Below are positions 28,467-36,283 of a stretch of 45,632 nucleotides of DNA, piece after piece. The notes below the pieces were generated by a model. That model did not search any database. It saw nothing but the letters and a program-made list of their open reading frames with translations, and was not told where the DNA came from. The number at the start of each line of letters is the position of its first letter. Position 1 is the stretch's first letter. Both the position numbers and the translations under genes were made by a program. The DNA is from Candidatus Cloacimonadota bacterium (GTDB lineage Bacteria; Cloacimonadota; Cloacimonadia; Cloacimonadales; TCS61): the NCBI GenBank assembly GCA_027064945.1, contig JAMOPB010000237.1, forward strand, positions 1 through 45,632, read 5' to 3'.

Positions 28467-29180
28467 ATGAGTTCTCTAATTAATTGGAATAACACAATTG
28501 ATTTTATTAAAATTCAACTCGGAGCTGATGTTAATCAACTCGAAGTTGATGAATACAAAATACTTGATATTATTAAAACTGTCACTATGCCTGAGTTTTG
28601 CCAATATTTTAATTATATAGACAGAATAGATTATCCGAGTGATAAAATAGAATTAGTAACAGAGGCTGAACACAAGCATCGTTATAAAATTATAAATTAT
28701 GAGCGTCAGATATATGAGATTAAAAATGTTTATTTTCCGTCCAACTGGACTGTAGCATATACTGTTTTTGATCAAATTGATGCAACTTCAGCAGCCGTTT
28801 CTAATTATACATATAGTATGGCAGATTCCATGACACCAGTAAGATCATTTCAATTTTTTAGACCAGATATAATTGAATTAACAATACCAATCGGATATTC
28901 AGAGCCTAGTTATTTTACAGTTGAACTTGGCGCTGAATTCTTAAATCCAAATGAAATCGAACCTTCAATGTATTCTGCTTTCAAAAAATTAGCTGCTGCC
29001 GATGTAATTGATTATGTACTATCTTTAAGATCTAAATTTGAACAATTAACTACTCCACAGGGCACTATCAATATGAACTTAAATAGATTAGAGCAAAAAG
29101 CTGAAAGATTGAGATCTGAAGCAATGCAAAAACTCGAAAATACTCAGCCAGATGTGCTCTGGGCATGGGTAAATTCATGA
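28467..29180 (+). CDS. hypothetical virion/baseplate-module protein (237 aa)
   Basis: First gene of the plus-strand operon that contains the spike. AAAAAGGA SD. Confidence 0.5.
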   Translation: MSSLINWNNTIDFIKIQLGADVNQLEVDEYKILDIIKTVTMPEFCQYFNYIDRIDYPSDKIELVTEAEHKHRYKIINYERQIYEIKNVYFPSNWTVAYTVFDQIDATSAAVSNYTYSMADSMTPVRSFQFFRPDIIELTIPIGYSEPSYFTVELGAEFLNPNEIEPSMYSAFKKLAAADVIDYVLSLRSKFEQLTTPQGTINMNLNRLEQKAERLRSEAMQKLENTQPDVLWAWVNS

Positions 29181-29749
29181 TGAATGAAACTAGATATCTA
29201 TTAAATCTTAATAAAATTCTAATTAAAAAAATTAAAAATGACAGCATTTATATAGATTCGCATGAAAATTGGTACTTTAAAACATTTAGACTTCGCAAAA
29301 CTGCGTACAAAGAAGACCATAATCGCGTAAGATATTTCATTATTCCTAGTTCACGCGGTTCTTCGCAAGCCGTTAAACAGAAAAAAGAATTAAGTGAAGA
29401 TGATTTTAAAAAATTGAAAGAAAATCATAAAAATGAATTTGTTTTTTATCAGCGCGCTATTTTTTATCATCCGCGAAATACTTCTATTATGATTGAACAT
29501 GATTTTATAGAACCACGTGATCAAAAATCTTTTGAATTCTGGTCAACAGAAGCAGAAAACAACGCGGATCTACAAGCTGTTGAACAATTTTTGAAAGAAA
29601 ATAATATTAAATATAAAAAAACTTCAGATAATTTGCGAACAATTGTTGAGAAAATGATAAACAATAAAAATCGAAAAATAAGAGAATATATTATTCAAGA
29701 GGCTAAGCAACATATTGTATCAACATTAAGGAATAAAAAATGGCACTAA
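29165..29749 (+). CDS. hypothetical protein (194 aa; alternative start ATG 29177 in an ATGA overlap)
   Basis: ORF overlapping the stop of the preceding gene. Basic. Confidence 0.45.
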   Translation: MGKFMMNETRYLLNLNKILIKKIKNDSIYIDSHENWYFKTFRLRKTAYKEDHNRVRYFIIPSSRGSSQAVKQKKELSEDDFKKLKENHKNEFVFYQRAIFYHPRNTSIMIEHDFIEPRDQKSFEFWSTEAENNADLQAVEQFLKENNIKYKKTSDNLRTIVEKMINNKNRKIREYIIQEAKQHIVSTLRNKKWH

Positions 29750-29961
29750 AAAATCATTCAATAATCAAAAGAACTCGCGAACAAAAAATTAACGCAGCTG
29801 CAGCTACACTAGCTGTGCAGCTGGCTAAGCAAAATAACGACCCGATGTACAATAAATTAAAACGTTATAAATCGTTAATGTTGCAAGCACGCCAGAAAAT
29901 CATGCAAAAGTGGTATAATAAAGCGAAGCAAATTGTTAGACAAAGATTAGGAAGTGAATAA
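29740..29961 (+). CDS. small basic helical protein (73 aa)
   Basis: ORF overlaps the upstream gene by 10 nt. Followed by a terminator at 30004-30044. Confidence 0.5.
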   Translation: MALKNHSIIKRTREQKINAAAATLAVQLAKQNNDPMYNKLKRYKSLMLQARQKIMQKWYNKAKQIVRQRLGSE

Positions 29962-30003
29962 TCATTTTAATTTCTGAAATGATGTGTTCTCTTATCTGTT
30001 TTT

Positions 30004-30044
30004 AAATAGAGGCCATATATTGCGGCCTCTATTTTTGTTTTTTT
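30004..30044 (+). terminator. intrinsic terminator after 29740-29961
   Basis: Stem aaatagaggcc (30004-30014)/ggcctctattt (30024-30034) followed by ttgttttttt. Confidence 0.8.
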
Positions 30045-30082
30045 CGTCGACCTATATCATAGCAAATATTAAGGAGGACCTT

Positions 30083-30919
30083 TTGAAATTTGATATTTAT
30101 GAAGGCATTGTACTTGATCGCGATGATCCGAAAAAACAAGGTCGATATTATGTATATATTCCTGAATTGCAATTTAACGATCTAACTGATAACCCTCCAA
30201 TTAATAATAAATATTCAGGTGTATGGTGTTATAATTGCGTTGGAAATAATTTTATTAGATACACAGAGGCTGAACTCAGAGATTTTAAAAACACTAACAG
30301 TTATGGCAGTTATATGCCTTTAAAACCTGGTACGCATGTGCTAGTTGGTTTTCCTGAAAATTCAAATAAAACATATTGGGATTCTGGATATATATTAAAT
30401 ATAATTACTTTTGAAAAACCGCCTAACGAAGACCGTGATGATTTTTATTTGATTTATACAACAGATAAAGAATCTTGGGCTTTTATCGATGAGAATGGAG
30501 AACAATTCGCGATTAGTTTTCATAATGGAAAAAGCAATGTATGGGGTAAAGATGATGTTATTCATTTATCCAAAAAAAATGGTACAGTTGCTGAGATTCA
30601 TGATGATCATATAACTTTATTTCACAATTCCGGCAATTATGTACATATAGACGAGAACCAGATAACTGCTAAAATTGGTGGCAGTTTTATTAAATTGTCA
30701 AATGACCATATTTCTATTAAAGCGGAATCTGTTTACATAGAAGGAAGTTCATTGGTTGCTATAGAAGGTGGTGCCGTTCAAATAAATGATGGAGTTACTG
30801 TGCCAGATTCAGCTGACAGTAAATCGGATATAGCAAAACCATCACTCGATGCTATAAAGGAAATAAATGATAAAGATAAAGAATTGCACAGAAAGATTAA
30901 TAATGGAAGAGCAGAATAA
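30083..30919 (+). CDS. baseplate central spike / hub protein (gp5/VgrG-type OB fold plus beta-helix)
   Basis: TTG start at 30083, 5 nt after AAGGAGG. YEGIVLDRDDPKKQGRYYVYIPEL...PLKPGTHVLVGFPENS matches the Phage_base_V/gp5 OB-fold pattern. The C-terminus is repetitive beta-strand (ITLFHNSGNYVHIDENQITAKIGGSFIKLSNDHISIKAESVYIEG). The 33 upstream codons in the ORF track cross a terminator hairpin. Confidence 0.7.
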   Translation: MKFDIYEGIVLDRDDPKKQGRYYVYIPELQFNDLTDNPPINNKYSGVWCYNCVGNNFIRYTEAELRDFKNTNSYGSYMPLKPGTHVLVGFPENSNKTYWDSGYILNIITFEKPPNEDRDDFYLIYTTDKESWAFIDENGEQFAISFHNGKSNVWGKDDVIHLSKKNGTVAEIHDDHITLFHNSGNYVHIDENQITAKIGGSFIKLSNDHISIKAESVYIEGSSLVAIEGGAVQINDGVTVPDSADSKSDIAKPSLDAIKEINDKDKELHRKINNGRAE

Positions 30920-31049
30920 AAAAAATAAAAAAAGATCATCCCGGGATGATATCATTAAACGCGCAAAAACTAAATTAACATGCGACGGAATTAATGGACC
31001 TTGTATCATAACTTCCAAAAAACAATTTATTTATCCTCCATATCTATAA
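30903..31049 (+). CDS. small basic protein (48 aa) downstream of the spike
   Basis: ATG 30903 overlaps the end of the spike gene. KKNKKRSSR then CDGINGPC. Function unknown. Confidence 0.35.
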   Translation: MEEQNKKNKKRSSRDDIIKRAKTKLTCDGINGPCIITSKKQFIYPPYL

Positions 31050-31060
31050 AGGATTCATTG

Positions 31061-31570
31061 ATGATAATTGGTAACCCTGCTCTTGAAAAACGTTTTTCCA
31101 CTAATGGATTATTTGAAACAAGGCCCAAAGGTGTTATGATATGTGACAGTTGGAATAATGGTGTTTATAAATTTGAACAAACTGCCATCGATACCGCGCG
31201 GCCTGATTGGCCGCGCGTCTGGGATGAATATCTTAAAAAATATTCATTAGTAGATCGCGCATTATTTTTCCCAACTCATTATGTAATAGATACAATTAAC
31301 AATTTACCACAAGTCATTTCTACTCGTCCTTTAAGTTATCGATCATTAATACCTGACTATGAAGAATGGATAACTATTATGATAATTGGAGATAGTAATC
31401 GAGATATTTATACTCCAAGATACTATATGTCAATTGCAGATTTTATAATCAATCCGATTTTTCGAGGAATCCAATCTTGGAAAATGGTGCCTCAACTTGG
31501 TAAAAATGTAGTTTTAAAAAATCTGGGTAGCGGTTTTGTACCTCAAATGCTTGAAAAATATTTGCATTAA
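31061..31570 (+). CDS. hypothetical protein, possible Amidase_2/PGRP-like fold (degenerate)
   Basis: ATG 31061 with AAAGGA 6 nt upstream. KGVMICDS...THYVIDTINNLPQVISTRP...WITIMIIGDSN..YTPRYYMSIADFI parallels the T7-lysozyme-type order of strands, but the zinc ligands are not conserved. Confidence 0.3.
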   Translation: MIIGNPALEKRFSTNGLFETRPKGVMICDSWNNGVYKFEQTAIDTARPDWPRVWDEYLKKYSLVDRALFFPTHYVIDTINNLPQVISTRPLSYRSLIPDYEEWITIMIIGDSNRDIYTPRYYMSIADFIINPIFRGIQSWKMVPQLGKNVVLKNLGSGFVPQMLEKYLH

Positions 31571-31624
31571 CTAATCTTTGAAAAATATATAATATCATAT
31601 TGCACCTCCTTTCATAGTTTTTTA

Positions 31625-31660
31625 GAGACCGCGTCTGCGGTCTCATTTTTTGCTTTTTTT
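31625..31660 (+). terminator. intrinsic terminator of the plus-strand spike operon
   Basis: Stem gagaccgc/gcggtctc with loop gtct, followed by attttttgcttttttt. Confidence 0.85.
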
Positions 31661-31708
31661 CAAAAAAAACAAAAAACAAGAATCTAGCTTGCTGTTTGCT
31701 AGATTCTT
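31661..31708 (-). terminator. intrinsic terminator after 31714-32190
   Basis: 12-bp stem caagaatctagc (31676-31687)/gctagattcttg (31697-31708). A-run at 31661-31675 on plus. Confidence 0.85.
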
Positions 31709-31713
31709 GTTTG

Positions 31714-32190
31714 TTATTTTTGATTAGCTATTATTGTTGGTGATCCGTACAGTTTACCTTTGATATAATTATACGCAGGTCGTGCTGCTGCATTTGCAGC
31801 TCCTGCAGCACCTGCACCGATTGCTGCACCAGCTTTAGCACCCTCACTACCACCTGCAATTGCTCCAATTGCACCACCAACTAGTGCACCAGGCACTGCA
31901 CCATGTAAAGCACGTGAAGCCACATTTTTTACAGTGTAGACATCTCTCATTGTCACATTAGGATCTTTACGCGCTAATGCTCCAATTGCGCCTTCTCTTC
32001 CGTATTCTACTCCAGCTTGAGGTTCTCCAACTTCTCTACCAACTTCTACACCTGTGTTTTTTTCGAAAAATCTCGAAACTGGCACAATAGGTGTTGTAGC
32101 AATAGATGCAAGATCGCTGCTACTTAGCGCGCCTTTGTTAATAGCTTCGCGCGCTTTTTCACTGGCTTCAAATATAATTTTTTCTCTCAT
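31714..32190 (-). CDS. glycine-zipper protein, paralog of 35735-36280
   Basis: GVEYGREGAIGALARKDPNVTMRDVYTVKNVASRA..GALVGGAIGAIAGGSEGAKAGAAIGAGAAGAA..RPAYNYIKGK aligns with the 35735-36280 product. MREKIIFEAS leader. Confidence 0.55.
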   Translation of the reverse strand: MREKIIFEASEKAREAINKGALSSSDLASIATTPIVPVSRFFEKNTGVEVGREVGEPQAGVEYGREGAIGALARKDPNVTMRDVYTVKNVASRALHGAVPGALVGGAIGAIAGGSEGAKAGAAIGAGAAGAANAAARPAYNYIKGKLYGSPTIIANQK

Positions 32191-32196
32191 ATTATG

Positions 32197-32769
32197 TCAT
32201 CCTTTTTTTGGCATCAAATAACAATAAATATCGTGATCACAAATTGCTTCAATATCTTTATCATTTTTTAATTTATTCAACATGTTTTTACCGATTTCTT
32301 CAGCATCCACAAACACAAAATAATTATCTGCTTTAATTTTATCTCTATCATCACCATATGAAGGCATAAGTTTGAAATAACTTGGCGCGTTTATTACAAA
32401 ATCTTTTATTAATTCATATGATTCTTTTTCATTAATAAATCTTGGAAATACTGTTGAAGAATATTTATCATAAAACGTGATTGCATATGGCTTATTTTTA
32501 GGAAACGGCTTACAGTTTGCGCAGTGAAAGTCTTTAGATTGCAAAACAACTGGTTCTGCGTAAGCTACTAGTTTACCGTTTTTTTCAAATGCGTATACGC
32601 CACAACAAGCATCATTTAATTCTCTTAGCACATCATTGATGTTTGCTGATTTCGGCTCATCAGATAATTCATCAAGATGTCTTGACACGTAATTTTTAAA
32701 CGATATAGATTTAGTTGCTGGTTTAATAATAAATTTTAAAGAATTTATTTGTCCCGTTGCCTCCAGCAA
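32197..32769 (-). CDS. Cys-containing hypothetical protein (190 aa, TTG start in track)
   Basis: The ORF is open from the upstream stop. The only in-frame start candidate is TTG 32769, with no clear SD. Confidence 0.4.
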   Translation of the reverse strand: MLEATGQINSLKFIIKPATKSISFKNYVSRHLDELSDEPKSANINDVLRELNDACCGVYAFEKNGKLVAYAEPVVLQSKDFHCANCKPFPKNKPYAITFYDKYSSTVFPRFINEKESYELIKDFVINAPSYFKLMPSYGDDRDKIKADNYFVFVDAEEIGKNMLNKLKNDKDIEAICDHDIYCYLMPKKG

Positions 32770-32811
32770 TAATGCTTTTGCGCGATATGTGATATATTTT
32801 TTATCCGTGTT

Positions 32812-33699
32812 TTATCCTTTATTTAATTTATTTGTTAAATATGCGTACAAACCAACACCGATTAATCCTGTTTTTGTTACAACACCATTCCAAAAAGCAT
32901 GTAATACTTGCGCAATCAATGTACCGCGATCTTCGATTGCTTGTTTTATTTTATAATTATTCGGGTTTTTTGAATATAATTCGATAAATTGCGATTGCAA
33001 TTGTGTTTTTTTGTGAAAATATGTTGTGGATAAGTGAAATACAAACGAAAACAATCTCACAATAACTAGAAACAATACAGGAAAACCGAGTGCGGCAAAC
33101 TGCATAATATATGAAAGAGCTTCAGCGCCTGCTAAAGCAGAGGTCATTAAAAAACCTTTATACTGTTTAACGGCTGCACGTTTAAAGATTTCTTCAGTGA
33201 ACGGCGCACATAAAATTGCACCAATATATAACCCCATAGGTCCGAATAACGATACGCACGTAGTCATCACAACAGTATTTAATATATAAATAAAAATAAA
33301 CATCACCGCAAGTATTAATGCATCTTTTGCTTGAATATTTTTTAATTCTTCTTTGAATTCATTGATAATAAAATCAAAAGTGAATATTTTATCCAGATCT
33401 TGATATTTGCCTTGCTCGATATTTTTAATTATTTGATCTATTTTGCGTTTATCGATTCCTTGTTTGTCTAAAAACTGTATTATTCTCTGTTGTTGAGAAT
33501 AATACATGCGTTTCACACGTTCAATATCTTTTTCAGACTGAAATGCTTTGAAAAGAGAATCATATATTTTTTCTAAAAATGCGTTAATCGGATTGCTGAG
33601 TTTAGCAAATTTTTCTGTGATATCAAAATCAGATGCACGCGATTTAACCGAAGCTGTTTTAGCAATAGCTACAGCTTCAGTTATTATCATTTCGCGCAT
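32812..33699 (-). CDS. CPBP (CAAX protease / Abi, PF02517-type) intramembrane protease candidate
   Basis: Multi-TM protein with PFTEEIFKR (EExxxR motif 1), a mid-TM His (FSFVFH, approximate FxxxH) and LHAFWNG (HxxxN motif 3) in the expected order. MREMIITEAV leader. Confidence 0.55.
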   Translation of the reverse strand: MREMIITEAVAIAKTASVKSRASDFDITEKFAKLSNPINAFLEKIYDSLFKAFQSEKDIERVKRMYYSQQQRIIQFLDKQGIDKRKIDQIIKNIEQGKYQDLDKIFTFDFIINEFKEELKNIQAKDALILAVMFIFIYILNTVVMTTCVSLFGPMGLYIGAILCAPFTEEIFKRAAVKQYKGFLMTSALAGAEALSYIMQFAALGFPVLFLVIVRLFSFVFHLSTTYFHKKTQLQSQFIELYSKNPNNYKIKQAIEDRGTLIAQVLHAFWNGVVTKTGLIGVGLYAYLTNKLNKG

Positions 33700-33701
33700 T
33701 A

Positions 33702-34214
33702 TTAACCTTTTTTAATAATTTTTCTAGGATCTGTCTTAATTGCTTCTTTAACTGCTTTAAGAAATTCTTGTTTTGCTTGATCGTTAGGGACACCATTTTT
33801 AATTAATTTAAATATCTCATATAATCTTGATATTGCAAATATTGCAGCAAGCGGTGTCATTATTGGCGCTGCAATCAATGTTACGCCGGGTACAAACCCA
33901 AGTCCGATAACAACTGCAATAACATCAATTATAAAGAAAAGTACAGCCATAGCAAATTGAGCGAAATAATCACTTTTAGACATTAGATGTTGATCACTTT
34001 TTTCAAGTAAATCTTCAACTTTTTCTCCCCAAGCAACTATTTTTTCCCACTGCTTTGTATTAATTTTACCTTGTTTATGCATTTTTTCAGCCCAATCATA
34101 AACTTCTGTGTATATATCTACAAGTTTATTATGGTTGGTCATAATTTGGTGTTCTAGATCTTGAGAAACTGATTCTTCTATTATTTGCATTGTTAAACAA
34201 CTTAATTCTGCCAT
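33702..34214 (-). CDS. membrane protein (170 aa, two TM helices)
   Basis: FAMAVLFFIIDVIAVVIGLGFVPGVTLIAAPIMTPLAAIFAI. N-terminal region contains MQIIEES. Confidence 0.5.
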   Translation of the reverse strand: MAELSCLTMQIIEESVSQDLEHQIMTNHNKLVDIYTEVYDWAEKMHKQGKINTKQWEKIVAWGEKVEDLLEKSDQHLMSKSDYFAQFAMAVLFFIIDVIAVVIGLGFVPGVTLIAAPIMTPLAAIFAISRLYEIFKLIKNGVPNDQAKQEFLKAVKEAIKTDPRKIIKKG

Positions 34215-34215
34215 A

Positions 34216-34740
34216 TTAATTTCCTTTTCTTTTATTTACTAGCGGACCGCTCCCGTCATACTGGGTACCAATTGCTTTGATGATTTCACGCTCATATTCG
34301 CGTAAATCTTTTGGATTATCAAATGTTTTTATAATAACTATCCAGTTATTTTTATATTCATCTAGGTTTTTTGGCATCAGATTATCAGGATTTCCGCTTT
34401 GCTTATTTTGTTCGATTTGTCTTTCAAGTTCTTGAAAAAATTTCTTTTTGTATTGATTTTGTGAATCATCGATATTTCGGACAAAATTGTTTATATGATG
34501 ATTCATACGGTACTGCAGGCTGTTTTCTAGTTTACCTACATATACTGGTAAGTATGCTGATTTAACAGTTTGCTGTTTACCACAACACTGAAAATTATAT
34601 TCATAATCACCACTATGGAAAGGATCTAAATACATATAAATAGCATATTTATGTTTGCGATAATCGAAACGAGCAACTCTCGGGCTAACTTTGTCATATT
34701 TAAGATTTGTGGTTTTGTAGCTGTCTGATGTTATTAGCAT
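34216..34740 (-). CDS. GIY-YIG homing endonuclease
   Basis: KYAIYMYLDP (GIY-like), PVYVGK (YIG), YRMNHH (conserved Arg/His), REYEREIIKAIG (catalytic Glu) and LVN, in I-TevI-like order. Confidence 0.7.
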   Translation of the reverse strand: MLITSDSYKTTNLKYDKVSPRVARFDYRKHKYAIYMYLDPFHSGDYEYNFQCCGKQQTVKSAYLPVYVGKLENSLQYRMNHHINNFVRNIDDSQNQYKKKFFQELERQIEQNKQSGNPDNLMPKNLDEYKNNWIVIIKTFDNPKDLREYEREIIKAIGTQYDGSGPLVNKRKGN

Positions 34741-35084
34741 TTTAACTTCTTCCTTAATTCTGTAAGCTGTTTGCTGTTTATCTTGCTGCAGATCGAATTT
34801 TCTTTTGCACGGATAAATAATTCGATAAATTGTCTAAAATCTTCGCGAGTTGCTTTTTGGCGATAACTACGTTTAAAACTTGTATGAAACATTTTATGAC
34901 ATTCATCACATAAACATATACCATTTTCCGGGTCGAAGCGTTTTTCTGGAAAATAAGTTGCGTGGTCTAAATGATGCGCGTGTCTATTTTTAATCGATCC
35001 ACAAATTTGACATACCTTATCACGTCTAATCACGGTGGCGCGCCAAATACGGTAATCGCGGGTTCGACGCCAGTTTTTGCTCAT
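34734..35084 (-). CDS. HNH homing endonuclease
   Basis: WRATVIRRDKVCQICGS..HAHHLDH....ENGICLCDECHKMFH is a classic phage HNH pattern with CxxC...CxxC and H-N-H. Confidence 0.9.
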   Translation of the reverse strand: MSKNWRRTRDYRIWRATVIRRDKVCQICGSIKNRHAHHLDHATYFPEKRFDPENGICLCDECHKMFHTSFKRSYRQKATREDFRQFIELFIRAKENSICSKINSKQLTELRKKLKC

Positions 35085-35326
35085 TTGTTTTTCTTTTTAT
35101 CAGATTTTGTGATTTTATTAGTCAGATAGATTGAACCTAGTGCTCCGCCTGCTGCTCCTAATCCTGCTAATTTAACATGAAGTGCAGGCATAGTTAAATC
35201 GCCTGCTAATGTATCAGCTAGCGCGTGACCAGCAACCGCGCCACCTGCAAGTCCCGCACCTAACATGGCTAACCTTGCTTTTGGATTTTCTTTCAATATT
35301 TTTCTTGCTTTTTCCGCAATACTCAT
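35081..35326 (-). CDS. small glycine-zipper membrane protein (81 aa)
   Basis: LAMLGAGLAGGAVAGHALA....LAGLGAAGGALGSIYL. MSIAEKARKIL leader. Lys-rich C-terminus. Confidence 0.55.
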   Translation of the reverse strand: MSIAEKARKILKENPKARLAMLGAGLAGGAVAGHALADTLAGDLTMPALHVKLAGLGAAGGALGSIYLTNKITKSDKKKNK

Positions 35327-35327
35327 T

Positions 35328-35735
35328 TTATAATCCTTTGCATTCGCGTTCTAAATCATGAATTTCTTTTTTAAATCTCTCGATAATTTGATCTAAAGAA
35401 ACTTTTTTAGCTTCGTCGTAATGTATTTTTACTTTTTGACCTTTTATTTCAGGGTTATCAATTGCATATTTGATATCCTGATCACATTTACTTAAATATT
35501 TTTTAACACTTGCTTTGAATATATCCATCGCGATTGCATAAGGAATTTTTTTACATCTGGTAGATTTTGCAGCTAGTAATTCAGCACGGCGCCAAAATAA
35601 AGCCATCAAGCTTTCAGGTACATTGTATTTTTTTGCCCAAGACTTAATAACATTAGAATTTGTTTCAAATCCACGGACTACCGGACAACGTGCTTCAAAT
35701 ATCAATTTAGCTTTTTCTGCAATTAGATCTCTCAT
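35328..35735 (-). CDS. hypothetical protein (135 aa)
   Basis: Coupled ORF. MRDLIAEKAKLIFEA leader. Confidence 0.5.
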   Translation of the reverse strand: MRDLIAEKAKLIFEARCPVVRGFETNSNVIKSWAKKYNVPESLMALFWRRAELLAAKSTRCKKIPYAIAMDIFKASVKKYLSKCDQDIKYAIDNPEIKGQKVKIHYDEAKKVSLDQIIERFKKEIHDLERECKGL

Positions 35736-36280
35736 TAGCTTACCCCGTATTTCTTTTTCATATTTTCAAGTTCAGCTTCTTTCTTGCCGCGCCAATAATT
35801 ATATCCTGGTTTGATTAAAGCACGACCAGCTGTTTTTAATAAACCAGCACCTGCCCCCAGCAGTGCACCTCCTCCAACACCAATCAACAAATTTAACCCT
35901 TCATTGCCTCTAGCATGACTAGCTAATGCTGCTCCTGTAGCTGCTCCTGCTGCAGCACCACCAACTACGTCTTTTGTTAAACCTTGTTTTGCACGCGCTA
36001 TAATATTTTTTCTCGTATAAACATCTGTCCATTTGATATTTTTATCTTTTGCAGCTAACGCCCCTACTGCACCTTCTCTTTCATATTTTTCACCAATTTG
36101 CTCGTGCCCAACTTTACGTCCAGCAAGAATTGAATTTATACGATTATACTCAGAACCATGAAACCAATCAGAACTGCGTTTGGCTGTTTCATGTTCGGCG
36201 TACTTATTTATTAAAGCACGTGCTTTTTGTTTTGCACGTTCCCTGGCTTCTTTTATACTGTCTGATGTACTACGAGCCAT
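35735..36280 (-). CDS. glycine-zipper protein, paralog of 31714-32190
   Basis: GEKYEREGAVGALAAKDKNIKWTDVYTRKNIIARA..VVGGAAAGAATGAALA..IGVGGGALLGAGAGLL..KPGYNYWRGK. Confidence 0.55.
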   Translation of the reverse strand: MARSTSDSIKEARERAKQKARALINKYAEHETAKRSSDWFHGSEYNRINSILAGRKVGHEQIGEKYEREGAVGALAAKDKNIKWTDVYTRKNIIARAKQGLTKDVVGGAAAGAATGAALASHARGNEGLNLLIGVGGGALLGAGAGLLKTAGRALIKPGYNYWRGKKEAELENMKKKYGVS

Positions 36281-36283
36281 CTT

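Noticed and set aside
29984-30082. The 33-codon N-terminal extension of the spike ORF given in the track.
   Set aside because: It spans an intrinsic terminator (30004-30044) and translates to a hydrophobic artefact. AAGGAGG plus TTG at 30083 gives a start right at the conserved OB-fold.
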